Below are positions 1 to 10,007 of a stretch of DNA of 64,000 nt, piece by piece. Each line of letters opens with the position of its first letter. The first letter of the stretch is position 1. A model generated the notes under the pieces. That model had not been told where the DNA came from and searched no databases. It saw only the letters and a list, made by a program, of their open reading frames with translations. Position numbers and translations under genes: made by a program. The DNA is from an uncultured Verrucomicrobiae bacterium (GTDB lineage Bacteria > Verrucomicrobiota > Verrucomicrobiia > Limisphaerales > Palsa-1400), in the NCBI GenBank assembly GCA_963764165.1, contig CAVXRD010000002.1:2560001-2624000 (forward strand), read 5' to 3'.

Positions 1-1
1 G

Positions 2-829
2 CTTTACGAGGCGGATCACAAACTTGGCGCGTGCCTGGAAGTTGCTTCGTGGAAGGGAGGCGCGGCGCATTTGGAATCCGCTTTGCTCGCGGAAACGGAT
101 TGCGTCATCGCCACCGGCAGCGACGAGACGCTAACCGCCATCCGCCACAAAATTCCCATCACCGCCCGCTTCATCGGCCACGGCGAGAAAGTCAGCTTCG
201 GATACATTTCGCGGGAGGCGCTGGAACGAAATTCCCGCGACGTCGCCGAGCGCGCGGCGACCGATGTCGCGGCCTGGAACCAGCGCGGATGCCTTTCGCC
301 GCATGTCTTTTACGTCGAGGAAACCTTCGATGGCACGGGCGAGGAATTCTGCAATGTGCTGGCGCAGCAATTGGAATTGCGCGAGCGCACGCATCCGCGC
401 GGCGGATTGAGCGTGCGCGACGCGGCGGCGATTTCCAGCCGGCGCGCTTTTTACGAGGTGCGCGCGGCCCATTCGATGGCCACAAAAATGTGGACCAGCC
501 CGGAATCAACCGCCTGGACAATCGTCCTCGAAAACGAGCCGCGGTTTCAAATTTCCTGTCAGAACCGGTTTATATATGTCAAAGTCGTCTCTGGGGTGGA
601 GCAGGCATTGCAGGGCGCGGACACCTTGAGCCATCAAGTTTCGACGGTGGGCCTGGCCTGCGCGCCGTCGCAAACAGCGGCCCTGGCGCGGCGCTTCGCT
701 CTATGGGGCGCAAAACGGATTTGCCCGCTGGGCCAGATGCAGCATCCGCCACTTGGCTGGCATCACGACGGCCGCCCGCCGCTGGCCGATTTGGTGACTT
801 GGATCGATTGGGAAAAGCACAGCAAATAA
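2..829 (+). CDS. Acyl-CoA reductase (LuxC-like), 5'-partial
   Basis: Frame is open from position 2. Motifs [34 protein letters not shown] and [19 protein letters not shown] are typical of the LuxC/acyl-CoA reductase family. Confidence 0.8.
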   Translation, partial: LYEADHKLGACLEVASWKGGAAHLESALLAETDCVIATGSDETLTAIRHKIPITARFIGHGEKVSFGYISREALERNSRDVAERAATDVAAWNQRGCLSPHVFYVEETFDGTGEEFCNVLAQQLELRERTHPRGGLSVRDAAAISSRRAFYEVRAAHSMATKMWTSPESTAWTIVLENEPRFQISCQNRFIYVKVVSGVEQALQGADTLSHQVSTVGLACAPSQTAALARRFALWGAKRICPLGQMQHPPLGWHHDGRPPLADLVTWIDWEKHSK

Positions 830-833
830 CGAC

Positions 834-1208
834 ATGGAACTGAGGAAGACATTTCAATTCGAGGCCGCGCACCTGCTGCCTCATTTGCCGGAAACCCACA
901 AATGCCGCCGCCTGCACGGCCACAGCTTCAAAGTGGAAGTCGCCGTCGAAGGCCCGTGCGATCCCGTGCTGGGCTGGGTGATTGATTACGCGGAAATCGG
1001 CGACGCCTTCCGCCCGATTTGGGAACGGCTCGATCATTTTTATCTCAACGAAGTTCCCGGTCTGGAAAACCCAACCAGCGAAAACGTCGCGCTCTGGATT
1101 TGGGCCCAGCTCAAGCCGCGATTGCCGCTGCTGTCGGAAATCGTGGTGGCCGAGACCTGCACGGCGCGCTGCGTGTATAGAGGAACGCACTCTTCGCCAA
1201 CCTTCTGA
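834..1208 (+). CDS. queD: 6-carboxytetrahydropterin synthase QueD
   Basis: Motifs [33 protein letters not shown]. Confidence 0.93.
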   Translation: MELRKTFQFEAAHLLPHLPETHKCRRLHGHSFKVEVAVEGPCDPVLGWVIDYAEIGDAFRPIWERLDHFYLNEVPGLENPTSENVALWIWAQLKPRLPLLSEIVVAETCTARCVYRGTHSSPTF

Positions 1209-1267
1209 TTAAGCGAAATGGGCGATTCCCCGTTTTCCTCCGTGCGCTCCGCAGTACAGATAACCTC

Positions 1268-1390
1268 GGTAGGGCGAGGCTCCTGCCGAGCCGTCCCATT
1301 ATTCCTATAATTCCCATTGCTCCCATCTTTATGCGAAGACTGGGAAGAATGCGAATCATGGGAACGGCTCGGCAGGAGCCTCGCCCTACC
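1268..1390. repeat. REP-like doublet, family A (GGTAGGGCGAGGCTCCTGCCGAGCCG ... CGGCTCGGCAGGAGCCTCGCCCTACC)
   Basis: 26-bp inverted arms with GTAG ends; near-identical arms at 7636-7725 and 43009-43112. Lies between convergent genes. Confidence 0.9.
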
Positions 1391-1398
1391 ATGGTTCG

Positions 1399-2403
1399 CT
1401 AAGGATTCGGGGGTTTCTCCGGCTCGCCTAAAATCTTGCGAGCTGCGGCGGCAACGCTTTCCGCCAATTCGGCGGGCTTGATGACGCGCGCGTTTCCGCC
1501 CCAGCCCAGAATCCAGCGCTCCACCTCGACCAGGCTTGAAAGTTTCATCCGCAGCTCCAAACCGCCGTCCTTCATTTCTGTCAATACTTGGGATTCGTGC
1601 CACTTTTTTTCGCGAATGTAGTCGGCCACGATTTCGTTGAACTGCAGGACGACTTCAAAATTCCCGTGGCCGGATTGCACGCCGAAGCTGTCGCGCAGCC
1701 GTTTTTCGAGAGAGAATTTCTGCGGACGGGCGAATATCTTGCCAGTGGGCTCCGCCGCCAGAATTCGCGCCGGAACAAAGGTGCGGATGTCTTTCCGCAA
1801 ATGGCACCAGGCAAAGAGATACCATTCTCCGTTGATGTTGGCCAAATGGTAGGGATCGACGATGCGCAATTCTGTGGCGCGCTGGCCGGGCTTGCGATAC
1901 GTCAACTGCAATTGTTTCCGCTGGCCGGAAGCCTTTGACAGGGCGTCGAAAATCTCCAGGTTCAAAATCGGCTCTGCCCGCGTGCGAAACGAAATCGTCT
2001 GCTCCCAATCCGCGATGCTGAGGGAAACGGTGTCGGGCAGCGAGGCGGCCATCTTTTTGAACGCGCTGATCAACGGGCGCTCGAAAGTTGTGCCGCGATA
2101 TTGCTGCAGCGCTTTTTCCGCCACCAGCAGCGCAAACAGTTCGCCTTCTGTGATCTGCAGAGTTGGAAAAGTGCCGACTTCCTGGGTGTAATGATAACCC
2201 TTGTGCGCCGCGTCGTAATCCAGCGGCAGCTCCATCCTGTCACGCATAAATTCCAAATCCCGATGAATGGATTTGGTGCTCACTTCCATCTCCGCGGCGA
2301 GGGAGGTGGCGTTGGGATAGCGGCCGGACTGAATCGCGTGATGAATCTTGAGCATCCGCTCCAGCGGCGGACGGGAACCCGGCATTGTTCTAGCTTTGGG
2401 CAT
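1399..2403 (-). CDS. HTH + WYL domain transcriptional regulator
   Basis: N-terminal HTH (LAAEMEVSTKSIHRDLEFMR) and WYL motif (RIVDPYHL...GEWYLFAWCHLRKDIRTF). Start trimmed to ATG 2403; 2412 and 2385 are alternatives. Confidence 0.9.
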   Translation of the reverse strand: MPKARTMPGSRPPLERMLKIHHAIQSGRYPNATSLAAEMEVSTKSIHRDLEFMRDRMELPLDYDAAHKGYHYTQEVGTFPTLQITEGELFALLVAEKALQQYRGTTFERPLISAFKKMAASLPDTVSLSIADWEQTISFRTRAEPILNLEIFDALSKASGQRKQLQLTYRKPGQRATELRIVDPYHLANINGEWYLFAWCHLRKDIRTFVPARILAAEPTGKIFARPQKFSLEKRLRDSFGVQSGHGNFEVVLQFNEIVADYIREKKWHESQVLTEMKDGGLELRMKLSSLVEVERWILGWGGNARVIKPAELAESVAAAARKILGEPEKPPNP

Positions 2404-2513
2404 GAGCGTCATTTGGCGTCTGCCAGCCCTTATGCCCGATAAAATGGGATTTGCCAAGGGCGCGGTAGCGTGGCGCATGATTAAAAGCGCATGACGAACG
2501 AAGATCTTTGGAC

Positions 2514-2632
2514 GGAGCACGACTGTGCCGCAGACCAGTCGCAGCACGTTGAAGCGAAAGGCGCGTCGATGGATGGCAACGCGCTGCGGCTGATTCTCCG
2601 TCGCTCCGCTCCGTCGAACACAGCTGCGCTCC
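2514..2632. repeat. Degenerate REP-like palindrome, family C
   Basis: Arms resemble GAGCGCGGCTGTGTCGAAGACCAGCCGCAGC seen at 24241, 51347 and 61567. Confidence 0.7.
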
Positions 2633-2645
2633 AATTGCGGCGCGG

Positions 2646-3773
2646 TCAGGTAATCTTGGAAAGAAGCTCTTCGTTGGTCTTGTGCTTCTTCAGCGCGGCG
2701 AGAATCGTCTCCATGGCCTCGATGGGATTCAGGTCGACCATCATGCGGCGGAGCTTGCGGATGGATTCCATGTTCTTGGGCGGGAAAAGTTTTTCTTCTT
2801 TACGCGTGCCGCTCTTCGGAATGTCCAGGGCCGGGAACAAACGGCGCTCCGACAATTTGCGGTCCAGGATCAACTCCATGTTGCCGGTGCCTTTGAACTC
2901 CTGGAAAATCAGTTCATCCATGCGCGAACCGGTGTCCACCAGCGCGGTGGCAATGATGGTCAGCGAGCCGCCTTCTTCAATCTTGCGGGCCGAGGCGAAC
3001 ATTTTGCGCGGGATTTCCAGCGCGCGGGCATCGACGCCGCCGGTCATGGTGCGCCCGCTGCCCCCGTGGACGCTGTTGTAGGCGCGGGCCACGCGGGTGA
3101 TTGAGTCAAGCAAAACAAAAACATCCTTGCCGCTTTCCACCATCCGGCGGCAGCGCTCGATCATGAACCGGGAGAGGCGCACATGCGTTTCCAAATCCTG
3201 GTCGTTCGAGGAGGCAACCACTTCCGCTTTGACGGAGCGCTGGAAATCCGTGACTTCCTCGGGGCGTTCGTCAATAAGAAGAACCATCACGTAGACTTCC
3301 GGATGATTCTGGGTCACGGCATTGGCAATCTGCTTGAGAATCGTCGTCTTGCCCGTGCGCGGCGGGGCCACGATCAAGCCGCGGGTTCCCTTTCCGATGG
3401 GCGTCACGAGGTCGATGATGCGCGTTTCGAGAAGGTCGGGAGAGGTTTCAAGATTGATCTTTTCGATGGGATCAATCGTCGTCAGGTTCTCGAAACGCAC
3501 GTTCTTGGTGTAATCGGCGAAAGGCTGGTCGTTGACCTTGTCCACTGAACGGAGCTGCGGACTGTTGCCGCGATGGGGCGGCTGAGTTTCGCCGGCCACC
3601 AGGCAGCCCTCGCGCAGGAAGCTGCGCTTGATAGTGTCAGGCGTAACAAAAATGTCGCTGGGCTTGGGGTGGTAGTTGTTTTCGCGGGTGCGAAGGAAGC
3701 CGAAACCCTTTTCAGAAATCTCGAGGTAGCCCGAACCATAGTCGGGCGCGGAGGCGCTGGGCGCATTACTCAT
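2646..3773 (-). CDS. rho: Transcription termination factor Rho (short, lacks N-terminal helical domain)
   Basis: Motifs GFGFLR, PIGKGTRGLIVAPPRTGKT, LLIDERPEEVTD, FKGTGNMEL, SGTRKEEKL. Confidence 0.95.
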   Translation of the reverse strand: MSNAPSASAPDYGSGYLEISEKGFGFLRTRENNYHPKPSDIFVTPDTIKRSFLREGCLVAGETQPPHRGNSPQLRSVDKVNDQPFADYTKNVRFENLTTIDPIEKINLETSPDLLETRIIDLVTPIGKGTRGLIVAPPRTGKTTILKQIANAVTQNHPEVYVMVLLIDERPEEVTDFQRSVKAEVVASSNDQDLETHVRLSRFMIERCRRMVESGKDVFVLLDSITRVARAYNSVHGGSGRTMTGGVDARALEIPRKMFASARKIEEGGSLTIIATALVDTGSRMDELIFQEFKGTGNMELILDRKLSERRLFPALDIPKSGTRKEEKLFPPKNMESIRKLRRMMVDLNPIEAMETILAALKKHKTNEELLSKIT

Positions 3774-3962
3774 AAGTTGATTCTTTGTGCAAAAATGTGC
3801 TGAGGCCTTTTCCTGAAAAACTACCCCGAAAAAATCAGATTCTTAAGAACTTAGAATTTTTTGGAGGACCGCCGCGCCTCAGAATACGGACTGGCGCGAG
3901 TACGGTCAGACCTTCAACAACTCAAAATCTAGGCGAAGAATGGATTAATGCAACTACTTTTT

Positions 3963-4946
3963 TTAGCCGCCCACCTCAGCCTTTGCCTCGGCGGCGAGCG
4001 GAGTGCTCAAGTAGCGTTCGCCGGTGGAGCAGGCGACTGTCACTATAACCTTGCCTTTATTCTCCGGCCGCTTCGCCACTTCAATCGCGGCGGTGACGTT
4101 CGCGCCGGTCGAAATGCCCACCAGCAATCCTTCCTCCTTGGCCAGCCGCCGCGCCATGGAAAATGAATCGTCATTGCTTACCTGGATGCATTCCACAATC
4201 TGCGGATTTCCCTTGCTGTCCTTCAAATGCAGGTTTTTGGGAATGAACCCGGCGCCGGTGCCTTGAATCTTGTGCGGGCCGGGCTTCAATGGCTGCCCCG
4301 CCAAACACTGCGAAATCACCGGCGAATCCTTCGGCTCCACCGCGATGGCGGTGAAGGAAGGCTTGCGCGCCTTGAGCACTTCCGTGCAGCCCGTGATGGT
4401 GCCGCCGGTCCCTACCGCCGCGACGAGAATATCGACCGTGCCATCGGTGTCCTTCCAGATTTCCTCAGCCGTGGTCTTGCGATGAATTTCAGGATTGGCG
4501 GGATTTTCAAATTGCTGTGGAATCCAAGAATTTGGCGTTTCGCGGGCCAGTTGCTCCGCGCGCGCGATGGCGCCCTTCATTCCTTCCGTTCCAGGCGTCA
4601 ACACCAATTTCGCCCCGAGCATGGCCAGCAGCGTGCGCCGTTCCACCGACATCGTTTCCGGCATGGTCAAAATCAGCTTGTAGCCCTTGGCCGCCGCCAC
4701 AAAGGCCAGCGCAATGCCGGTGTTGCCGCTCGTCGGCTCAATGATGACCGTCTCTTTTTTCAAGATGCCGCGGCGTTCCGCGTCTTCGATCATGGCCATG
4801 CCAATGCGATCTTTGACGCTGCCCAGCGGATTGAAATACTCGCACTTCAGCAGCACGGTGGCGTCAAGCCCTTCAGTGACACGGTTCAAGCGGACGAGCG
4901 GAGTGCCGCCAACGGTTTCGACAATGTTATTGAAAATCCTGCCCAT
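3963..4946 (-). CDS. cysK: Cysteine synthase A
   Basis: PLP-lysine motif [11 protein letters not shown], plus [13 protein letters not shown] and PHKIQG. Confidence 0.95.
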   Translation of the reverse strand: MGRIFNNIVETVGGTPLVRLNRVTEGLDATVLLKCEYFNPLGSVKDRIGMAMIEDAERRGILKKETVIIEPTSGNTGIALAFVAAAKGYKLILTMPETMSVERRTLLAMLGAKLVLTPGTEGMKGAIARAEQLARETPNSWIPQQFENPANPEIHRKTTAEEIWKDTDGTVDILVAAVGTGGTITGCTEVLKARKPSFTAIAVEPKDSPVISQCLAGQPLKPGPHKIQGTGAGFIPKNLHLKDSKGNPQIVECIQVSNDDSFSMARRLAKEEGLLVGISTGANVTAAIEVAKRPENKGKVIVTVACSTGERYLSTPLAAEAKAEVGG

Positions 4947-5070
4947 AAAAAAAGATGTTGATGTAAACTAACGCCGATATTGTCCCAAAGGTCAACAGCG
5001 GCAAGAACATTTTTGACCAGTCATTGAGATAATGTTTGATGACAAATCCGATTGCCTGTAAATTTGCCCT

Positions 5071-5277
5071 ATGACATTCAAAGTGGTCATCCATCCTGAA
5101 CTGACCGGCGGATACTGGGGAGAAGTGCCTGCCCTGCCGGGCTGTTACTCCCAAGGCGATACGGTGGAGGAATTGCTGGCCAACCTGCGCGAGGCCGCTG
5201 CTGGATGTCTCGAAGTTCTGTCCGAAGAAGGCCGGTCTCCAGAACCGGAAGTGCAGCTCGCCGAACTTGCGATATGA
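5071..5277 (+). CDS. hicB: HicB-family antitoxin (short)
   Basis: GGYWGEVPALPGCYSQGDTVEELLANLREA is the HicB N-terminal pattern; overlaps hicA by ATGA. Confidence 0.88.
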   Translation: MTFKVVIHPELTGGYWGEVPALPGCYSQGDTVEELLANLREAAAGCLEVLSEEGRSPEPEVQLAELAI

Positions 5278-5471
5278 GGCCCATCACCGGCAAGGAACTC
5301 TGCCGGTTATTGAGAGAGGCGGATTGGGCGCTTAAGCGCATCAACGGGAGCCACCACATTTTCGGCAAATCGGGAGAGCGCAAAATCATTGTCGTACCCG
5401 TCCATGGGAATCAAACCATCAAGCCCGGATTAGCCCTCCGAATCGCCAAGGATGCCGGAATTTCGTGGTAG
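5274..5471 (+). CDS. hicA: HicA-family mRNA interferase toxin
   Basis: RINGSHHIF...VPVHGNQTIKPG; ATG at 5274 overlaps the hicB stop. Confidence 0.88.
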   Translation: MRPITGKELCRLLREADWALKRINGSHHIFGKSGERKIIVVPVHGNQTIKPGLALRIAKDAGISW

Positions 5472-5553
5472 TGTCTTCCGTCCCCATGTCCGATATTATC
5501 CGCCGAAGCACGAAGCTGGGACGGCCCAAACCGCGCGAGCAGTTACGTCCGGG

Positions 5554-6927
5554 CTAAGCCCGCGAAGCCTTCAGCACAACCTCTTCGCCTTCCCGCGCGC
5601 CGTCCACCATCAACGTCTCTCCCAGCGCGGCCACGAATTGCCGCGCCCACTCTACCATGGAATCCACCTTCTGGTCATCGTGCATGGGATCGTGGTGAAA
5701 CAAATAAAGGCGTTTGACATTGGCGTTCAAGGCCAGCGCCACCACGTCATCGACACATCCGTGCCCCCAGCCCACCCGCGTTTCGTACTCCGTCGCGTCG
5801 TATTGCGCGTCGATGACCAGCACGTCGGCGTTTCGGATGAAATCGATCAGCTTTTCGTCCATCCGGCGCGCGAAAGCGAGGATTTCCGTGGAACCGGCCT
5901 GTGCTTTGGGATCGGCATGATATTTGTAGCGTTGAAACGGCTCGTTATCCGGCAGGTAGGCGATGATTCCGGCGCTCGTGTGCAATCGATAGCCCACGCA
6001 AATCCCCGGATGGTTCAGATACATCGATTCGACCCGGATAGGGCCGATGCAAAACTCAGGCTGTTTAAGCTCCTGCAGCAAAAGGTGGCTCGGCAGCTTC
6101 TGCCAGCCGACAGGAAAGTAAGGGCTTTCCATCTGGCTGGAAAGGGCGCCCAGCAATCCGTCGCGCGCGCCTTCGTAACCGAGAATGCGCAAACGGTTTT
6201 TTGGATCGTAGGCGGCGGCGAAAAACGGAAAACCTTGAATATGGTCCCAATGCGTGTGGGAAATCAGCACGGTCAATGACAGCGGCACTCCCTTGAATTC
6301 CTCCGCAAGGCGCATGCCCAGCGGCCGAATGCCCGTGCCGGCGTCCAGAACGATCAATTGGCCGTCGGCGCGAACCTCGATGCACGAAGTGTTGCCGCCG
6401 TAACGCAAGGTGGACGGCCCCGGCGTGGCGATCGAGCCGCGCACTCCCCAAAATCGCACGATGGCCTGCCCTTCGGGAACGGCGCCGGCGGGCAGCGGCG
6501 GAAAATCTTCGCCATCGCCTTCGGCCGTCCTCTGCCGCGCGACGGCTTGGGCGCCGCCGGCCGCCTCCGGAACGGCGCGCAGCAAGCGCAAAAGATGCGA
6601 TTGCAAAATCGGTTTGACAATGCATTCGTCCGCGCCCTCCTGAAGCGCCGTCTCGCGATCCACCCCATAGCCGCCACGGGCAGTCAGGATGATTCTTGTG
6701 CCGGGGAGTTTTTCCGGCTTGGTTTTGAGGAAACGGCACAGTTGAAATCCGTTGAACCGCTGCGCTTGCAGGTCGCAAAGGATGAGGGCCGGCTTTTGTT
6801 CCAGAGCGATGGAAAGTCCGGTCGCTCCTTCATCGGCCTCCAGCACACCCCACCCCGCCTGGCGCAACCACGTGGCCAGTGCATGACGCAGCACCCGATC
6901 CTCGTCGATCAGCAAGGCGGTCTTCAT
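5554..6927 (-). CDS. Response regulator receiver fused to metallo-beta-lactamase-fold hydrolase
   Basis: N-terminal REC (LLIDED...ILCDL...KP). C-terminal MBL motifs FWGVRGS, YGGNTSC, DAGTG, SHTHWDHIQG, HPG, FHHDP. Confidence 0.88.
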   Translation of the reverse strand: MKTALLIDEDRVLRHALATWLRQAGWGVLEADEGATGLSIALEQKPALILCDLQAQRFNGFQLCRFLKTKPEKLPGTRIILTARGGYGVDRETALQEGADECIVKPILQSHLLRLLRAVPEAAGGAQAVARQRTAEGDGEDFPPLPAGAVPEGQAIVRFWGVRGSIATPGPSTLRYGGNTSCIEVRADGQLIVLDAGTGIRPLGMRLAEEFKGVPLSLTVLISHTHWDHIQGFPFFAAAYDPKNRLRILGYEGARDGLLGALSSQMESPYFPVGWQKLPSHLLLQELKQPEFCIGPIRVESMYLNHPGICVGYRLHTSAGIIAYLPDNEPFQRYKYHADPKAQAGSTEILAFARRMDEKLIDFIRNADVLVIDAQYDATEYETRVGWGHGCVDDVVALALNANVKRLYLFHHDPMHDDQKVDSMVEWARQFVAALGETLMVDGAREGEEVVLKASRA

Positions 6928-7010
6928 CAATGAGCGCCGCCATGATGGGACTCCCGCCAAAAAACACAACTGTTTTCACCGGCGCGCAAAGTTCTTATTG
7001 CTGAGACGGG

Positions 7011-7206
7011 TCTTAGCCGTAACGATGCTCCTGACCGGGGAGCGCACGCGCCTCGCGTGCAGTGTTCCGCGCCCTCGCGGAACACATTCGGCGGACGAAC
7101 CGATTGGTGCGCTGATTCTTCGAAGGGCGACTGGCGGGGCGCCAGTCGTCTACACCCGAGGGCGGGTGTGCTCCCCGTGAAACGAACTGCATCGTTACGG
7201 CTAAGA
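7011..7206. mobile_element. MITE-like element with perfect 18-bp TIR enclosing a REP-like doublet
   Basis: TCTTAGCCGTAACGATGC (7011-7028) and its exact reverse complement (7189-7206); internal GGGGAGCGCACGCGCC...GGGTGTGCTCCCCG arms. Confidence 0.7.
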
Positions 7207-7584
7207 GATAAACCGCCGCAACAAAGATGCCTGGGGCGAAAATCAGCGAGGCGCACCATTTTTGGGATGATTCGGCCAGCCGCGCAAGCGCCATTCGGAT
7301 CACCGGCGACTGACCCTTTTTCGACAAGCCCCAGCGGGGCGAAATCTTTGTAGTGACGGGAACCATTTGGGATTAAGCCCCGTAGCGGGCGGCATAGGCC
7401 AGCGTGAGTGCAAAATTGAGATGGAGCCAGCCCCACTCTGCATAGAAAGGCGCACAAAATCAGGATCGCTCAGATGCTTTCCGAACCAGCCTCGTCGAAA
7501 GCGCAAAGGCGGCGCAACGAATGTATAGTTATTTGTGAGACACTACGCTTGCCCGTGATCTTGGCGTAAAGCCCGCTTTGAATT

Positions 7585-7771
7585 GGGCGCATCTCAATTT
7601 ATTGCAACAGTTGATGAAGTACAAGGGCAAATTGTGGTAGGGCGAGGCTCCTGCCGAGCCGTTCTTTGCTTGTGCTTTGCCCTCGGCTCCGACCCGAAGC
7701 GGCTCGGCAGGAGCCTCGCCCTACCGTGCTTTAGGTAAGTCCCATGTCTTGCAAGAAAGTGAGATGCGCCC
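7585..7771. mobile_element. MITE-like element (TIR GGGCGCATCTCA...) carrying a family A REP doublet
   Basis: GGGCGCATCTCAATTTATTGCAA versus TTGCAAGAAAGTGAGATGCGCCC (21/23 inverted match). The same ends occur at 14821/15085. Confidence 0.7.
7636..7725. repeat. REP-like doublet, family A
   Basis: Arms identical to those at 1268-1390. Confidence 0.9.
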
Positions 7772-7833
7772 CGTTGAATTGCTAAACAACGAATGAACTC
7801 GCATTTTTCCGAACGGCAAGGCATTTTTCAGTT

Positions 7834-8136
7834 ATGGGCATGACCGCTTTCCCAGAATGGGTTCAGTCGCAGAAGTTGGTCGCCAAGCTGGCGGATCAAT
7901 TGGGTGGCACGTTGAACGCGAACAGCGCGCGAGCGATTATCGCGCTTAAGGTGCAGGCGCCCACGATGGCCCGGCGGCGCCTCCTCGCGGCGAAAGCCAA
8001 TGATGGATTGTTGAGCGCTGAAGAGTTTGCCGAATACGAGACATATGCCCAATTGCGCGGACTTTTGTCCATTTTGCAATCCAAGGCCCGCCTCTACCTA
8101 AAGCAATCCCGGGCGCATGGCCAGTCGGCAGCGTGA
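7834..8136 (+). CDS. Hypothetical protein, antitoxin-like partner of downstream HNH gene
   Basis: C-terminal pattern LLAAKANDGLLSAEEFAEYETY...LLSILQSKAR resembles small proteins that precede HNH genes in PVC bacteria; overlaps the HNH start. Confidence 0.6.
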   Translation: MGMTAFPEWVQSQKLVAKLADQLGGTLNANSARAIIALKVQAPTMARRRLLAAKANDGLLSAEEFAEYETYAQLRGLLSILQSKARLYLKQSRAHGQSAA

Positions 8137-8514
8137 GGCGGTCAGGCGGCGCGCCAACCGCCGCTGCGAAATATTGCCGGCTGCCCGACGGCGCGATGAA
8201 TTCGTCGGATTTCCATGTTGAGCACATCGTCGCGCGCAAGCACGGCGGCAAAAGCTCAATGGATAACCTCGCTTGGTCTTGCATCTACTGCAATCTCTAC
8301 AAAGGCCCGAATCTTGCCAGCTTTGACCCCGACGGGCAAATTAACGCCATTGTTCAACCCTCGTGCCAACCGTTGGGATGAGCATTTCCGCCCGAATGGC
8401 GCGAGCATCATTGGCCTTACGCCAATTGGACAAACCTCCGTTTGGCTGCTTGAGATGAATTCCGATATTCTTGTCGCTTTGCGAGCATGCCTCATTCGGG
8501 AAGGCCGGTGGTGA
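8117..8514 (+). pseudogene. HNH endonuclease with two frameshifts
   Basis: Three frames join into MASRQREAVRRRANRRCE / YCRLP...FHVEHIVARKHGG...NLAWSCIYCNLYKG...DP / TGKLTPLFNPR...WDEHF...GLTPIG. Shifts near 8170 and 8330. Confidence 0.8.
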
Positions 8515-8753
8515 TGCGCGAACCCTCCGAAATGTTTGCGAAAGAGGACTTGTCGCACCGTAGCCTCGGCGCAGGCGGAAACTCGTTTTGGAGTCGCCGG
8601 AATTCCTGCCAGTTTCATTCAGTGCAAAAAGTGAGTGACACCTGCACTGGTTGTGTCGCTTTCGCATATCCGTTAGACCGAAATATAAAATGGAAAATTG
8701 CGTTGCCTAAGCCCCATGGAGTCAATCATACTCCTCGTGAGTAATTGGGCAAT

Positions 8754-10007
8754 ATGAGAATCAGAATCCAGAAATTCTCCATCACGAATTATCGTTCGTG
8801 CGTAAACGCTTCGATCGAGCCACATCCTGACCTTTCTGCGCTTATCGGAAAAAACGCCTCTGGCAAGAGTAGCGTCTTGAACGGGATTCTCTTGCTAAAA
8901 TCGCTGTTCAGCCAATCGGGGCGACCAATCCGCTCCGACCGGATCAGCGCACGTTCAAGGATCAACGCAGAACTGCAGTGCGGTAAAACTGTGATTCTTC
9001 TAAGAGCAGACGTTTTATACTCTGCAACGGAGACAAGCAGAGATGAGGTTTTCGGAGGGAATATTTCATGGAATTTTAAGAATCTATCTGGCGTAGATGA
9101 GTGGATTTCAATTCCAATTCAATTTGCATATGATATGTTTAGGCACCATCCAACCGGAGCTAAGATACACATAAATAAATATGCTTTAAAATCTGAAATT
9201 CAATTTCGCTTTAATCTACCAAAAAAACTCCAAAAGCAATGGCAATATTTTGTGCAGTTCTCGCAACCGCTATATCAATTCTTTCTGGGTATCAGTTATT
9301 ATAGTGCCTCTCAATTTACCGATCCAACACGATGTCCTGTTTCTGTCGAAATTGAAGACGAACGAATACAACGTCGAGCCTTTCGCCCCATGGAACACAC
9401 CAGGTTCTTGCACGACCTCTATAAAATTTGGAAAGCGCGGTCCCGAGATTACGAAGAATTCCTAAGCATAGTTGGTCAAAATGGGTTAAGGCTGGTTGAC
9501 CGGATTGACTTTCGAGAATTGGAGCTGCCTCAGAGCCGCTATGAAGTGCGCGCTGGCGGAAGGGTTGTTCGAGAAAAGTCACAACGGCGGTTACTTATTC
9601 CTTCATTTCAAGTTGACAGTAATCGATTGTCTCCAAACCAACTTTCAGAGGGCACTTTCAAAACCATCGCTTTATTGTTCTATCTAGTTATTGATAAAGG
9701 CAGTTTGCTCTTAATTGAAGAACCTGAAGTTTGTATTCATCACGGTTTGTTGAAAAGCATAATGGGTCTCGTAAAATCTTACTCGACTTCAAAACAGATA
9801 ATTATTTCGACCCATTCTGATTTTGTGCTTGATATGCTCGTGCCCGAAAATGTTTTTTTAGTACGCAAGGAAAAGAAGCTTGGAACAAAGGTTAAGCCTG
9901 TAACAAAAGCCCTTTCTGCACGTGACTTTGCTGCGTTAAAGACCTATTTGGCAGATACTGGAAACCTCGGGGAATTTTGGCGTCACGGAGGATTGGCACA
10001 TGATTAG
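8754..10007 (+). CDS. ABC/AAA_21-type ATPase (AbiEii/OLD-like)
   Basis: Walker A GKNASGKS, signature LSEGT, Walker B LLLIEEPE, H-loop IIISTHS; AT-rich. Confidence 0.88.
   Translation: MRIRIQKFSITNYRSCVNASIEPHPDLSALIGKNASGKSSVLNGILLLKSLFSQSGRPIRSDRISARSRINAELQCGKTVILLRADVLYSATETSRDEVFGGNISWNFKNLSGVDEWISIPIQFAYDMFRHHPTGAKIHINKYALKSEIQFRFNLPKKLQKQWQYFVQFSQPLYQFFLGISYYSASQFTDPTRCPVSVEIEDERIQRRAFRPMEHTRFLHDLYKIWKARSRDYEEFLSIVGQNGLRLVDRIDFRELELPQSRYEVRAGGRVVREKSQRRLLIPSFQVDSNRLSPNQLSEGTFKTIALLFYLVIDKGSLLLIEEPEVCIHHGLLKSIMGLVKSYSTSKQIIISTHSDFVLDMLVPENVFLVRKEKKLGTKVKPVTKALSARDFAALKTYLADTGNLGEFWRHGGLAHD

Noticed and set aside
2..829. Bioluminescence (lux) operon
   Set aside because: No luxAB luciferase in the window, and LuxC-like reductases are common outside luminous bacteria.
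2473..2494. GCGCATGA direct repeat upstream of the WYL gene as an operator
   Set aside because: Only 8 bp twice, plausible by chance, with no second instance to support it.
5469..7546. TAGTGTCT...AGACACTA as ends of a composite element
   Set aside because: Only an 8-bp match with no TSD or transposase; insufficient.
6927..7824. Short ORFs in repeat-rich intergenic DNA (also 14133-15303)
   Set aside because: They are translations of palindromic repeats with no recognisable protein features.
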